Assembly: GCA_951406725.2 (NCBI GenBank)
Contig: OX597827.1
Coordinates: 4,030,001 to 4,094,000 of the forward strand
DNA length: 64,000 bases
From: Octopus vulgaris
Lineage: Eukaryota
Reading direction: 5' to 3'
Below the pieces are notes generated by a model. It did no database searches and was not told the origin of the DNA. It was given only the letters and a program-made list of their open reading frames with translations. Positions 39,487 through 55,248 of the stretch are shown in pieces. A program made the position numbers and the translations under genes. Position 1 is the stretch's first letter. The number at the start of each line of letters is the position of its first letter.

Positions 39487-40343
39487 ATATATATATATAT
39501 ATATATATATGCCTATAAGATACATACTGTTGCATGTAATACACACATACATAGATAACTATTTACATGTGTCTAACACACAGTTGTTTACACACATATG
39601 TAATAGACAGATATTCATGCATGTATGTAATATACAGTTTTCTGCACAGATGTGTTGGGTCCAAACATGCTTACAAACATTTAACAAGCACAGATATCTA
39701 CATGTGTAGAACACAGTTTCTTTTATGTGAATTTGTGGCATTCAGACATACTTACACATATGTGTGTAATACATCTACACACTTCTGTGTCATACACATA
39801 TATTTGCTCTCTTTGTTTCTGGCTTCCGTGCCGGTGGCACATAAAAAGCGCTATCCGAATTGTGGCCGATGCCAGTGCCGCCTCGACTGGCTTCCATGCC
39901 GGTGGCACGTAAAATGCACCAATCCGACCGTGGCCGTTGCCAGCCTCGCCTGACACCTGTGCAGGTGGCACGTAAAAAGCACCCACTACACTCACAGAGT
40001 GGTTGGCGTTAGGAAGGGCATCCAGCTGTAGAAACACTGCCAGATCAGACTGAAGCCTAGTGCAGCCTTCTGGCTTCCCAGATCCTCGGTCGAACCGTCC
40101 AACCCATGCTAGCATGGAGAATGGACATTAAACGATGATGATGATGATGATGATGATGATGTTTCTTTATTTTTCTTAGTCCTGTTTTATTTGCACCAAC
40201 ACAAAGATATATGTGAATGTATCATACTTTTTAAAACATACAAAAATATAGCAATACGTGTCATGTCAGCTGCAAATGAGAAGGCTAGTGGTTACAATAT
40301 TTTGAAAGATAAAGTGAAGGACTTAAAATAAAAAGGTCTATGA

Positions 40344-40526
40344 TTAACCCTTTAACATTTAAACTGGCCATATTTGGCCCAAATAGTCTACCCTATAATG
40401 TCATTCTAAAAATAACAATCACATCATTGAAATCTCGAAGCTATGAGATAATGCATGATTAATTCAAAACAAAGTGAATATATAAGTATTACATTTAACA
40501 GAATAATCGAAATGCTAAAGGGTTAA
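40344..40526. mobile_element. piggyBac-type MITE (internally deleted copy)
   Basis: TTAA-CCCTTTAACATT...AATGCTAAAGGG-TTAA. Confidence 0.85.
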
Positions 40527-40765
40527 CTACTAGTCAGTCAGTCTAGTAAGTGGGGGCGTTACAGCAGGGATAGGGTGGCGATGGGAGACAGTGTACTGTA
40601 AAACTGTTGAGAGGAAGGCCCCCAAAAAGGTGTGCATTCTCTCTTGATGACCTCCAGAATCTATTGGCATTTGGTATGTGGAGCTCTCAATTGACATCAC
40701 TTGCACAAGTAAGCAGTTTGCAAAGTCTCTCACATATGTACATACATGCAAACACATGCAGATAG

Positions 40766-40809
<44 letters not shown>

Positions 40810-40894
40810 GCATGAGTGTGCACATTCACACATTTACTCATAGAGAAAATCTTATGCAGTGGAAACACATATACCAGTATATATATATATATAT

Positions 40895-41211
40895 ACATCA
40901 CCGTGATCACCGTGACCGACCAGGCTATCAGATGTTGCTAACATCGCTGGTCACAATGCGGTTTGCTTTGTTTTAGCCTTTCAAATGAGATGCCACCCCG
41001 CTGGCTAAGTGAGCAGGCCAACAGAAGAAAGAGTAAGAGAAAGTTGTGGCGAAAGAGTACAGCAGAGATCGCCATCACCTCCTGCCGGAGCCTCGTGAGC
41101 TTTTAGGTGTTTTCGCTCAATAAACACTCCACAACACCCGGTCTGGGAATTGAAACCGCGATCCTACGACCACGAATCCGCTGCCCTAACCACTGGGCCA
41201 TTGCGCCTCCA
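40895..41211 (-). mobile_element. SINE family 3 copy with a third tail type; partial copies near 53447-53597 and 35725-35845
   Basis: Same head as the 14473 copy; the 3' end runs into ggtcacggtgatcacggtgatg. Confidence 0.88.
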
Positions 41212-41220
41212 CACACACAC

Positions 41221-41349
<129 letters not shown>

Positions 41350-41350
<1 letters not shown>

Positions 41351-41856
41351 AATATGAATAAAAAATGGAGTTAATGCAGGTTTAAACAAGTATTTTTACT
41401 TTCGACACATGTTTCGAAAATTCCACTGATACTATTCAAAAGAATAAATGGTATAAACAATGGAATCTTCTCTTCGGGAAAGTGAAAAAAACGAAACTCG
41501 TCAATACGACATTTTAGCAAAAAATGATGGATTTGTATAGCGATAGACAGAACGCTATTAATATTGTTTAAAAAAACGTTATATGATATAACGTCATAAG
41601 TAGCTAACAGAAAGGGTAGGGATATTAATAGTGAATGTTAAATATAAAGGAAATTAAAGTTTAAATTATATATAATGATAGAGACTACTTATATGCACTA
41701 AATGTATGTTTCTGCCAATGCTTACATCTGTATGCTCGTTCTATAACCGTGTTTACTAGAGTATTTTTAGAAAAAATAATGAAAAATAGCTCAGAATTGC
41801 AGGGAAGACAGAATTTCTTGCCTTTGTCATATGGTATCGAAATTGAGAGGATCAAC

Positions 41857-41894
<38 letters not shown>

Positions 41895-41906
41895 CTCCAT
41901 TTTTTA

Positions 41907-41915
<9 letters not shown>
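41350..41915 (-). mobile_element. Naiad-type Penelope-like 3' fragment: GIY-YIG C-terminus (about 41685-41860), 3' repeat with hammerhead, and inverted terminal copy
   Basis: W.I....PY...[18 protein letters not shown]. taactccattttttattcata (about 41892-41912) inverts the 41353-41373 terminus. (TA)n on both sides. Confidence 0.82.
41398..41483 (-). ncRNA. Type I hammerhead ribozyme
   Basis: Minus strand: ACTTTC CCGAAGA GAAGATTCCA...TGGAATTTTC GAAA CATGTG TC GAAAGT. Confidence 0.75.
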
Positions 41916-41975
<60 letters not shown>

Positions 41976-43694
41976 GTATACAATATATCAATATATACCA
42001 GTTTGTATATATATATACAATATATATAAACATATATACCAGGTTTATATAAAGGAGAGAAGTTAACTACATATACAACTATACATAAATACATACAGAC
42101 AAGCACATATCACCATTGCACATGTTTCATTTGCTAAGAGGAGTTACAAAATTGTACGTGTAGCAGAAAACATGAAAGATATCTCTTATTAGAAATTCTT
42201 CAGAGAGAGAATCAAATAATACAAAATATACTTTTGGATGAAGTGTTTATATATCGTTATTAATCAAGAGTAATGTAGATAGTTGGCGAGAAGAATAACT
42301 AGTAATATAGAAAAGAGAGTCAAAGATTGCTGTATTAAATGTTCATTTGTGCTTGAGAAGACATGTCAAGCGTGTTCATGGTTAGTGCCAGTGGCATGTA
42401 AAAGGTACCCATGCCAGTGACACATAAGAAATATCCATGCTAGTGACACATAACGGGCACCGATGCTGATGACATGTAAAAGGCACCCATGCCAGAAACA
42501 CACAAAAGGGCACCTGTACTGGTGACACATAAGAAGTACCCATGTCGGTGACACATAAAAGACACCCAGTCCACTCTGTAAAGTAGTTGGTGTTAGGAAG
42601 GGCATCCATCCATAGGAACCAAGTCAAAACATATGACTGAAACCTGGTGCAGCTCCAGCCAACCCATCTAACCCATGCCAGCATGGAAAACAGACGTTAA
42701 ATGATGATAATGATGGTGATTTGACTCTATCTGCATAATGCACACAAATATATGTATGTAAGCTCAGACAACACACCATACTATATAAAAAATCAATAGA
42801 TATTCTTGAAGTTGTGTGTGTGTACGTTTGTGTGTGTGTTTAGGTATATGCGCACAAATATACACATATACCCATACATACAAACATGTTTATTCAATGT
42901 TAACACATACACACACATGTACATGCACACACACACACACAAATCAATATGCACACTCAAACACATACGCGCATATTCAGGCTACGAATATGTATCTGTG
43001 TAAAAACCAAACATACATAGTCATACATATACACAGACATACTCACCACACACACACACTCAAACAAATACAAAAGCACAATGACACACCCCGCCTTATA
43101 TCCATGTATAACCAAACACGTTTTAGATATGCAACACACACTTTCTTACACACACACACACACACAAACTATGCACATAAGCATGTACACAGAAGAATGG
43201 ATACTCATGCTCACAGACTGGTGCAAAAACAATGGCATGCATTTCTCTATATCCATGTAAAACTAAAATCTCAAGTACAGGCATGGCTGCGTGGTTAAGA
43301 AGCTTGTTTTGCAGCCACATGGTTTCAGGTTCAATCCCAAACCACAACACCTTGGTCAAGGGTCTCATCTTATTGCCCCAGGCTGCTCAATATCCCATGA
43401 GTGAATTTCATAGATGGAAGCATGATTATGTACACACACACACACATGTATATATAAGATGGTGTGCTGAAAATTTCCTGGTTTAAGGGTATCGCAAAAG
43501 GCCTGATTGGAGTGCACTACATATTCAAAAACACTCACAGATACATGTATACACACTCACATGCACAGATAAATATACACACAGTGACAAACATACAGAC
43601 ACAGAGGCAGACCTACATTTCTCCACCCAACCACATCCAGAGCATCACAGAAACACACACGGCTACATATATACAAAAATACGCTCATACAGAT

Positions 43695-44113
43695 AGGCGC
43701 AGGAATGTGGCTGTGTGGTAAGTAGCTTGTTTACCAACCACATGGTTCTGGGTTCAGTCCCACTGTGTGGCACCTTGGGCAAGTGTCTTCTACTATAGCC
43801 TCGGGCCGACCAAAGCCTTGAAAGTGGATTTGGTAGACGGAAACTGAAAGAAGCCCATCGTATATATGTATATATATACATATGTGCATGTGTGTTTGTG
43901 TGTCTGTGTTTGTCCCCCTAGCATTGCTCGACACCCGATGCTGGTGTGTTTATGTCCCCGTTACTTAGCGGTTCGGCAAAAGAGACTGATAGAATAAGTA
44001 CTGGGCTTACAAAGAATAAGTCCCGGGGTCGAGTTGCTCAATTAAAGGTGGTGCTCCAGCATGGCCGCAGTCAAATGACTGAAACAAGTAAAAGAGTAAA
44101 GGAGTAAAAGAGT
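43695..44113 (+). mobile_element. SINE family 1, full copy
   Basis: Collinear with 9959-10368. Confidence 0.92.
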
Positions 44114-44809
44114 ATACAGATATTGAAAAACACAGGCACACACATACATATATGCATATGCACAAAGCTGCACGCAAACATCCATACACAAAGAAGTATT
44201 TTTCAAATGATTTCTTTTAAAAAAATGTTGAACTTCCAAGAGCAAAAGGACTGGCAATAGATCAGTAAGTAAGAAAGGAAAGAATAAAAGAAGAAGCAAG
44301 TTAAATGGTTGTTAGAGAACAATTTCACAACGGGTTGGAATATTTTAATGTCACTTCATCTGAACTGTTTACTTGTGAGGAATTTTAAAATAAACTACAA
44401 TTCCTCCACACGGGTGGGGGTATGAACATTCTGCGCTCTTTGTGGGTGTGTGTGTGTGTGTGTGTGTGATAATGTGTAAGTGTGTACCAGTATGTGTGTG
44501 TGTGTGTGTATGTGTGTGTGTTTTTCCTCTCTCTCTCTCTTTGTGTAGATGTATATGTCTATATCTATACATTTATTTATATATATATATATATATACAT
44601 ATACATGTATGTGTGTATATATATGTATGTATATATATATATATATATATATATACATAATACATATATATACATGCAAATACATATTCAAATATACATA
44701 GATATGTATATATAGCATATATATGTATATATAGAGAGAGATAGATAGATACACACACACACATATATATGTGTGTGTGTATATATATATATATGTATAT
44801 ATATGTATG

Positions 44810-44847
<38 letters not shown>

Positions 44848-45061
44848 CATACATATACATATATGTACACACATGCAAGTATGTATATATGTATACATGA
44901 ATGTATGTGTGTATATATGAGATAAACATTACACACCATAAATTTTACATTGAATAATAAGAACATTATGTTTTTTAGATAGTTCATTGACTTATTATTG
45001 AGTGTTACAAAAAGAATTTGTCATTGTTAATATTATTATTATTATAAGTAGTAGTAGTAGT

Positions 45062-45137
<76 letters not shown>

Positions 45138-45612
45138 TTGTTGCTGGTAGTTTCATTACTTTTCTTTTGTGTGTGGAGAGCAAAGGAGGCGGAGGAAAGG
45201 AGAGGGGGGAGACAATTTTTTGATGACAATTGTTCCAAGTTAGATTTTATTTGAACTTGATGACCTATTCATGTAACATTAATAATGTGCGAGAGTTTAT
45301 GTAGATGTATGTGTGTGTATGTGTGTGCACGGGTATAAATGTATAAAAGACAATGCCTACAATATAACATACCCACACACCCCCATACGCATACAATATA
45401 ACATACGCATGCACACAGACATACACACATACATATATATGCAAATTTTTGTAAGTGAGTGTATATGCATATATGTATAAATATATACATATGTATATGT
45501 ATATTATGCAAATTTTTATAATGGGTGTATATATGTATAGGTACGTACATATTTATACAATTGTATTTATATGTATGTATGTGTGTGTATATATATATAT
45601 ATATATTTATAA

Positions 45613-45656
<44 letters not shown>

Positions 45657-45792
45657 GGATTGATACATAGAATACATAGGTATATATATGTGTATATATA
45701 TGTGTATATATATGTGTATATATATATATATAAATTTATAAATATATATATATAAATACACACACATACATACATTTAAGAATGTGCATATA

Positions 45793-45861
45793 CCCGCACA
45801 CCTACACCCACACACCTACACCCACACACCTACACCCACACACCTACACCCACACACCTAT
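45793..45861. repeat. 14-bp minisatellite (cacacctacaccca) about 4-5 units
   Basis: Direct inspection. Confidence 0.9.
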
Positions 45862-47083
45862 ACATATATATTCTGTCTATAAACTCATACAATTGCTCTC
45901 TTTAATGTTCGACTAGGTTTTTTGTATATTAACGAACACTTATTGAAAAGATAATATGAATTGGGTTCTTTTAAATTGCTCTAATATCTGTTAATGTCTT
46001 TTTAATTGTCTTATGTGTGTTGGTGTTTTTTTTTTCTTTCGTTTTAAATGGTGTCCCTTTAAAAAAACATCAAAGTTGTGCAATAAAAAAGTTACAGCAT
46101 CCATTTGATATATCAATGTAGCTGTCTTAGAATTCAGAAATTTCAATGCAAACAAATGGATTTATAAACTACATTGGTTATACACAATGCCTTTTTGAAA
46201 CCTTTGTTTAAAAGATTAACATAAATAAAGTGTGTATGTATGTGTGTGTGTGTGTGTGTGTATAAATGTATATATATAAATGTATACATATCCTTTATCG
46301 TGTTTTCACCTATGTCTTTAGTTTGAAAATTACTGTAGATGCTTTACACTTTTGTCTGTGATAACCCTTCATGACATGGGTGTTCTTCACCTCCTCAAAG
46401 AATTTTATGGTAAATATATTTATCGATATTTAAATAAGCAGTAATTTTGACAACAATTATTTGTAAGTCCTATGAAGCTAAATTTTTTAAACAAATTTTA
46501 TTAATTTATTTACTTTATAACTTATTTAGAATTTTACCGTTGTTTTCCTACTTTACTCTACACTTTCATTGTTATATACTCTTTGTAAAGGCATGAATGC
46601 CGCAGTTCACATTCCCCTCTAACTCTTTTCTTTTCTGTGAATATGTAATTTCTTGGTTATATGGAAGAGTAGGAAATTAATGCATAACAGCATTTTTTAT
46701 TATTATTATTATTGTTTTCAATCCTCTACCTACAAAATTCAGATCTTAACTGATTTGATTCTTTTCCTTCCTTTTTATTTATAAATTATTTATTTTGCTT
46801 TGCTTTACCCCTGGGAACCCTCAAAATAAGTAGCAGTAACACACTGGAATTTGTTCACTCAACTACTTCTTCCCTACTACTCAGTATAAAATTATAATAA
46901 TGAACTGGCTTTTGTAGTGGACTTGCAGAATTATTCAAGTGTCAGACAAAAGGTCAAAATGCCTTGCAGGTATTTTAACCCAATATTTGCATGCTATTAC
47001 ATATAACTTTATCAGCTTCAAGAATTATTTCCCATTCATGAAGAGTCTAAATTCTTATGCTGTCAACAACATACAATTCTCAC

Positions 47084-47225
47084 TGGTAAGAATAAAGTCT
47101 CTAAACTGGACAGAGAAATTTGAAGGATTACTTTGGTCCAACACCGGCCATATTTACAAGAGATGTCGGTTTGATTCATATGGGCAGCCTTCAACTTTTT
47201 CAACCCAAAGGGTTTGTTTTTTAAC
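47084..47225 (-). CDS. Weak candidate 142-nt exon
   Basis: Minus strand reads aatattAG|G..CCA|GTGAGA with one open frame (LKNKPFG...LETLFLP). The acceptor pyrimidine tract is poor. Confidence 0.2.
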
Positions 47226-47419
47226 CTAATATTTATATGCAACTATTTATAACTTTACCTACTTTGAAATTCATTGTTGCAAAAAAGATATACATATATA
47301 GGTTTATCATTCTTTTGAGATAGATAAAGTACAAGTCCTGAAGTCAATGGCATTGACCATATCCCCTTTTGTTGACCTTGTGCCTGAGTTAGAAATCATC
47401 ATCATCATCATCATCATCG

Positions 47420-47480
<61 letters not shown>

Positions 47481-47520
47481 TATTATTATTATTATTATTA
47501 TTATCATTATTATTATTCTT

Positions 47521-48575
47521 AAGTGAGAGAGCTGTGCATGCTGTCCAAGTGATACTGGGGTACAATTATATGAAGCCCAATAAACCCATCAAGACTACCC
47601 ATTTGATAAGGGTACACCAGGCACATGCATCACAACGACATGTGCGCGAAATGGTGATCTCATATCAAGATAAACAGTGCATGACCTTGCAGGTGGGGCC
47701 CAGTTAGAATTTTCTTCAGGTTGAGTAGTCCATCCTGCTCAAAAGGTCCCTGAATAAGGTTTGTTTAAGGATGATGAAAGAAACACCCATGTTTCCTGTG
47801 ATGAATTATTCAAACTCCAAAGAATCTCTCTCAACACATGGCTATGATGCTCTCCCACTACTTCTGCTTGTGATCAGAGATGCACATATTGTCAGCCACT
47901 AAAGGTCAAGCTCAACTAGTTATGGTCAAACAACTGACAAGCAAATCTGTGGTATTGAGCAGAATATTTGCTGTAGCCCATCTTTTATACCAAGACAAAA
48001 CAATGTACATGATAACGCTTCCAATCAGTTAAGATCAGAAGCCATGAGAGCCACTGCATGGTATTGTGTTAGGGTATTTATTATTATTGTTGTTGTTGTT
48101 GTTGAGTGAGAGAGTAGTGCATGCTATCAAAGTGACACTGGGTTAAAAATATATGAAGCCCAGCATGCCCACCATAAAGATACATCAGGCTCATGCATCA
48201 CAACCACATGTGCACAAGATGGTGATCTCATATCAAGATAAGCAGCTCATGACCTTGCAGGTGGGACCCAGTTAGAATTTTCTTCAGGCTGAGTAGTCCA
48301 TCCTGGTCAAAAGGTCCCTGAATAAGGTTTATTTAAGGATGATGAACGAAACACTACTTCTGCTTGTGATCAGAGATGCACATATCATCAGCCACTAAGG
48401 GACATGCTCAACTGGTTTAAGGTCAAACAGCTGACAAGCAAATCTGTGGTATTGAGCAGAATATTTGCTGTAGCCCATCTTTTATACCAAGACAAAACAA
48501 TGTACATGATAACACTTCCAATCAGTTAAGATCAAAAGCCATGACAGCCAATGGCTGGTACTGCATCAGAGCAGT
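47521..48575. mobile_element. Two tandem copies of the about 560-bp (ATT)n-associated element
   Basis: Copies 47521-48080 and 48103-48575 are separated by (ATT)(GTT)n; the second has internal deletions. Confidence 0.88.
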
Positions 48576-50077
48576 TAATGTTGTAGTTGTTGTTGTTAAG
48601 AGAGTAAGCAACTAGAAGTGACTGAGTTGGCAGTGAGCATGCCAAACAAAATGCTTAGTAGCATTTCGTTATGAGTTCAAATTCCACCAAAATCTTTGCT
48701 TTTCATTCATTCTGAGATTGAAGTTCCCATTGAGTACTAAGATCAATATAACCAGCTAGACCTTTCCCCTCAAATTTCAGACCTTGTGCTTACAATAGAA
48801 AGGATTATCATCGTTATTATTATTATCATTATTATTATATTTCATTCTTGTAGTGTGGGGATGTCTTTTTGATTCTCTCTTCAAGCATTACCACTTGAAA
48901 TTTCTTCAGAGTACTAAAATTGCACAAGGACGGGACAGCTTGATGCCTAAAGGCTGACGATTAGATAAAAGGTTTGTTTCACAAACTTTTCAAAATTTAT
49001 TTAGCACATAACATTTCCACATTCAAAATGACTACCACATGTAATTATGCTACATGACAAAACTCTACAATGGCTAAAAACCATCACAAAATTAAAACAC
49101 ATAACTAAGTGGCAAAAGAAAATTAAGAGTATAGTGAGCAATTCATAGAATACATTTTTCCCAAATACTGAAATACTTTCAAAGACACTGACAGTGACAA
49201 CAACAACGACATCAACAACTTTTACATGATTACTCACTTTCGCTTTTACTCTTTTACTTGTTTCAGTCATCTGACTGTGGTCATGCTGGAGCACTGCCTT
49301 TAGTCAAGCAAATCAACCCTGGGACTTATTCTTTGTAAGCCTAGTACTTACTCTATCGGTCTCTTTTGCCAAACCGCTAAGTTAGGGGGAGGTAAACACA
49401 CCACCATCGGTTGTCAAGTGATGTTGGGCTGACAAACACAGACATACAAACACACACACACACACACACACATACACACACACACATACATATATACGAC
49501 GGGCTTCTTTTAGCTTCCGTCTACCAAATCCACTCACAAGGCTTTGGTCGACCCGAGGTTATAGTAGAAGACTCTTGCCCATGGTGCCGCGCAGTGGGAC
49601 TGAACCCGGAACCATGTGGTTCATAAGCTAGCTACTTACCACACATCCACACCTATGCCTATTGCAAATATGTTCATATAGTTTTAAGGGATTGTTTGTG
49701 TAAAGACAAACCTTTCAGTACTAGATGGACAGTTAGAAATTCAGGATCTATAACACTTACAAACAATAAAAAATAAAAATAAAAAAGAAATGTCGACAAG
49801 ATAATTTTGTAAAACTCCATCACATTTCTTTGTTACAAGAAATAATCCAGGTAAAAGCAAAGAGAATGATTTTATATATATATGTATAAAGGACCCACTA
49901 CACTTTCGGAGTGGTTGGCATGAGGAAGGGCATCCAGCTGTAGAAACTCTGCCAGATCAAGATTGGAGCCTGATGCAGCCATCTGGTTCACCAGCCTTCA
50001 GTCAAAATCGTCCAACCCATGCTAGCATAGAAAGCGGACGTTAAACGATGATGATGATGATGATATATATATATATA

Positions 50078-50241
50078 CTTTATTTAAAGCAGCAGCAAAA
50101 ACTGTCCGATGAACGGCAACGTGAAACTCAGAGTAACAGGTTTTGTTGAATTTGCTGCTGCTTTAAATAAAGCATATTACTCTACCACTGGTATTTGAGT
50201 ACTCTTTTTTCCACCTTGTTTCACATTTATGTGTTTACTCC

Positions 50242-50243
<2 letters not shown>
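50078..50243 (+). mobile_element. Family A mini-element with best-preserved hammerhead (50102-50139) and short inverted 5' cap
   Basis: CTGT CCGATGA ACG gcaa CGT GAAA CTCAGAG TA ACAG. ctttatttaaagcagcagcaaa inverts tttgctgctgctttaaataaag. (TA)n flanks. Confidence 0.85.
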
Positions 50244-50279
<36 letters not shown>

Positions 50280-50670
50280 CTTACAAAAATTCAGATTAAA
50301 CTTTCTCTCTCACATTAGGTAGTACAACAAAACCCTCTTGGACATATGAGAAGAAATTATCTGTACTGAAAAAGGTAAACATTTAAGGCAATATATTCTG
50401 CATCCTTGAAACAGAAATTATGTTCAAAGCATTTAATACACATTTGTTCTCCAGGACAAGAGTTTAAGAATCATATAAATCACAATAAATGACACAAGGT
50501 AAACTCTTGGCTAATAGTATCACCAAGTGGTAAAGTAGTCAAAGCAGGTTTAACAAAAGATGACCAGTGGTCAAGGAGTGCTAAAATGAGCTTGCAAGTC
50601 TTAATATCCCACCACCACCACCAAAGGTCACAGAGCCATGCTGAAACTATGCACAGTAAAAGGTACTTAC

Positions 50671-50720
50671 ATAAAGGGCATGTGATTTATGATACAGGGA
50701 AGAAAGCCTATTTTTGCAAA
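50671..50720 (-). CDS. Candidate 50-nt exon
   Basis: Minus strand reads tttcctttactttcccctcaaAG | 50 nt | GTAAGT. Two frames are open. Confidence 0.3.
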
Positions 50721-52487
50721 CTTTGAGGGGAAAGTAAAGGAAATACTTGAAGCCCAGCATCACAAATAGATGCACAAATATCTCATCTCCTAATGATATC
50801 AAACTGCTGTACCACACCTTTATCATATGATGAGAAAGTAGAAATTATTGATAAAAAAGGAAAACAGAGGTAAAATATTACGCACCAAAATAAGACTTAA
50901 CAGAAAACAATGAAAACGAGTGAAGAGAAACAATTTCTAAACGACAAAAAATTCTGCCCTTGTGAAAAAAACCAAAGAAAAGACCAAAGGACAGCTAAAC
51001 TATGATTCAGTGTTCTTCAAGAATCAAACAAACAGTTAATAGACAAAATTACACATTTGTAGTGACATAGATTCACTGAAGAAGTTCTAATCAGTTAAGT
51101 TCAGAATAGAATTAATATGCAAACGTAAAATATGCAAAAATAAAATTAAAGCATTATATCAAACTTAGAAAAGGTTACTTTCAAGTTGATGATGGTTTTC
51201 AAAATCAACTGTCTCAAAAAATACTTACTGGTGCTTGTGGTTGCACTCAAATACATTTTGAGAAATGGTCAAGTTGTAGACTACACAAATCAATCTAGCC
51301 AGAAAATCTTTTATGCCTACTTCTTTAAATTATATTTTAATTGTTGTACATTTTATTGTACTTTTTTAAAATTTTATTTCCAGGCAGATATGTGTATGTG
51401 TTTATGAAAGCATATGTGTATTCATATATGTGTATGTACATGCAAAATGCACCTTTAACTTATAAAAAGCACCTATTACATTCTTGGAGTGTTTGGCATT
51501 AGGAAGGTCATCCAGCTGTAGAAACCATGCCCAATCAAACTGAAACTTGGTGCAGCTCTCCAGCTTATCAGTTTCAGTCAAACAATCTAACCCATGCCAG
51601 CATGGAAAGCAGATGTTAAATGATGATGATATTGTTTAATGTTTTTTACTTCTTTCCTTCTTAATTTGGAAACGTGTTATTTTTTCACACTTTCAGTTGT
51701 CTTTTCTTTGTAACTCCTAGTGGGTTGTCTCAATATTATGGGACCCCAAGCAAAGCAATGCATTGGGGCTCCGACAAACTTCTCTTACATGTATGTCACA
51801 GCTGAAATATATTACCATTAGGTCCTTAGATCTGTAGGAAACCCTGGGTAACTGCACAGTGTATCCATGTCTTAATGTAGCACTGCATGAAAGCCACAGT
51901 ACAGACAGATTAGCATTGGGCCCCTAGGTCTGTGGGTACATTTAGGCAAATACCTGGTGTACACATGTCTTTAGACAGAATTTTAAAAACATTTAAAAAT
52001 AGTAATTTATTTTGAAATGTTAGTAAATCTCATTATTTAATAAAGTGTTTTAATGGTGGAACTTAAAGTTGATAAAGCTATAAATACTAGCATTTAGAAT
52101 ATTAGGTTTTTCAAAAAAAAAGACTCTCTTGGATGAAAAAGCCAAACGCTGCTTGTGGGACTTATTCTATATAATTTGGATTTCCATATTAATAATGGAT
52201 TTGTTTGAAAAAGACAAAACCTTGTTTTCCCACATAAAAAAAACAGCAGCATTGATATCTTTTCTGTTTTTATCAATATCAAAACAGCTAAAGCTTCAAG
52301 TTCAACAGTTTTCATTACACGTTTTAGATGTTCATTATGTGTTGGTTCAATTTTATTTCATTGTCACTGCAAACCGATGCCAAAAGAATAAAACCGATAT
52401 TAAAATGGTCATGTATGATTTTGGTTTTTATTCTAGATATCATTGCTGCTATTGTCATAACTACTCATTCACAGTCCTTTGTAATAT

Positions 52488-52509
52488 TATCATTATTATT
52501 ATATTTTTA

Positions 52510-52547
<38 letters not shown>

Positions 52548-52549
52548 TA

Positions 52550-52607
<58 letters not shown>

Positions 52608-52763
52608 CATTATTATTATTGTTGTTGTTATTATTATTATTATTATTATTATTGTTATTATTATTATCATTGTTATTATTATTATTATGATTATTATTAT
52701 TATTATTATTATAATTATTATTATTATTATTATTATCATTATTATTATTAATATTATTATTAT
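52488..52763. repeat. (ATT)n microsatellite
   Basis: Direct inspection. Confidence 0.97.
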
Positions 52764-55248
52764 TGCTGCTGCTATTACTAATCCTTTCACGTTGCTAATC
52801 TATCATCAACTTGATTCTATTGATTTTCATTGTATTTCAATACCAGGGCAACATACTCTTGCCCTTCAAATTAATGATGTTATAACAAAGCTTTCATAAC
52901 AACAATAGCACTCCCTATTTCTATTATAACACACTTGTATGTATATATACCCTTAAGCAATTTAGTAGCTTCGATCTTCCACGTAATTAAATACCTATTA
53001 AGAAAGAACACACTTAACAATGTTTAATGCTATACCTAAAGCAAATACTAGCAAAGGAGGAATGGATAAACCAATAAAACAAGTATATGGAAGGAGACTG
53101 ATAAAGAACAACAACTTATGCCTGCCTAGCCTGTTGTGAACTGTCAGACAAATACACTTAATAGTAATGATAAAGAACTTGTCCAGAAAGCAATTACGTA
53201 TTAAATAAATATTCTAAGAAACCAATTGTGCTTTATAATAGTAACTAATTGCATATTATAACAGAAAAATTAGGAAAATATATGCAGGAAAAAATAACAG
53301 AAACAAATAGATATAGAATAAAAGAAAAACAATACTTAGCTAGCAACAAAATCAAACAAAGGAGGCCATAAGCTGGCCATATTCTATGTTAGTAATAGCA
53401 GCCAAATCTTCTTAGTCATATCATACTCTATCTGTCTTAATAAAATAATGTGGCGAAAGAGTACAGCAGAGATCGCCATCACTTCCTGCCGGAGCCTCGT
53501 GGAGCTTTTAGGTGTTTTCGCTCAATAAACACTCACAACGCCCGGTCTGGGAATTGAAACCGCGATCCTACGACCGCGATTCCGCTGCCCTAACCATCTC
53601 TGCTGTAAAATAATGTGAGAAACACATTGGGTGACATAGTTCTAAATACACACTTCCTGAAATAATGATGGAATGGCCATGGCTGGTATGTTCTAATGAG
53701 TCTGCTAGTTCGCTAAGGAGATGAACTGGTGAAGTGAGTCATAAGAGCTCAATAGAATGACTCGTACTTGTTCTGATTCTCTGCACTCTGAGTTCAAATC
53801 CTGCCAAGGCTAACTTAACTTTTCATCATTTTGGCGTTGTTAAAAAGTACCAGTCAAGTACTTGGGTCCGTTTCTTCTCTCTTTCTGCTTTATTCTTTCT
53901 CCCTTATTCTATCTCTCTCCTTTGTTCTCACTCCCTCTCAGTGAATTGATTACTTTGAAGGGGATAAAAAAAAAAGGGCATTTACATTGCATTGAATCCC
54001 TATTAATAGTTTCCCAACCATTCTGTGGACATGGCACAAAAAAGAAAGAAAGAAAGAAAAGAAAGGATAGAATGAATGAAAGAAAAGCTCTGCTAATTCA
54101 GAATACACAAGTTGTTAGACAACAATACATCGATAAAATGCAAACAGTTTAAAAATCAAATTAAAGTAATTCATATGTTCTTATGCCTGTATGACAAGAG
54201 CTAACATAATGATCTTAATCAAATATATCTGACACTTTGCGATTTGATGATAAAAAATATATTAAAATATCCTTAATATTCCCAAAACTTACTCAGAATA
54301 TAGAATACTCAATGAAATAACACAAACAGTTACTCTGTTGATACTATTGTTGCCAGGCAATCAATTCAAAATTCCAAGAATGTTGAAGAACAGAAGTATT
54401 CATCAAGGTGTGATGTGTTGTATTTGATTTCTAAATAAAGATCAATGGGATCTGGCTACTCCTGTTTTGACCACACCCACTGGCAAAAATGGATTTAGCA
54501 TTGGTCAATGTTATTATGCCATTTCTATTGCTGCTTGTTGTAGTTATTTATTCTAAACACTTTTTTAAACCTGTTTACAACTAAATGGCTTGAGTCATGT
54601 TGTTCTTTTTTTTTTTTTAGCTCTAGCCCACGACTACCCTGATAGAGTCAATCCATGATCAGTGGCATTGCTTACAGCCAGGGCTATCCTTCTTGTATTT
54701 TTAGAGACATCTAAGACTATATTGTATAATATATGTATATATATGTGTATGTGCGTGTATGTTTGTGTGTCTGTGTTTGTCCCCCTCAACATCACTTCAC
54801 AACCGATGCTGGTGTATTTACGTCCCCGTAACTTAGCGCTTCGGCAAAACAGACCGATAGAATAAGTACTAGACTTACAAAGAATAAGTCCTGGGGTCGA
54901 TTTGCTCAACTAAAGGTGGTGCTCCAGCATGGCCACAGTCACATGACTGAAACAAATAAAAGAGTAAAAAAAATTAAAAAAAAGAATATAGACATTCTCA
55001 AACTTTTTCTTCTGGCCTACCCCTTCATTATGTCTAACAGTGTTTTATGCCATCCGAAAATTGTCGGACTCCATAGAACAGAATATAAACATAAATTATT
55101 TGCCATCAACTTAATTCTATTTTAGGAGTTCAAGTCTTGTTGTGCTCCACTTTGTCTTTTATCTGTCCAGGGTCAATACAATTAAGTACCAGTCAAATAC
55201 ACTGACGTTCATGTTATTGACTGCTCCTTTAAGGGATCGACTGCTCCT

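Noticed and set aside
52129-52899. 256-aa ORF with poly-Ile
   Set aside because: Its length comes from (ATT)n; the flanks show no recognisable protein.
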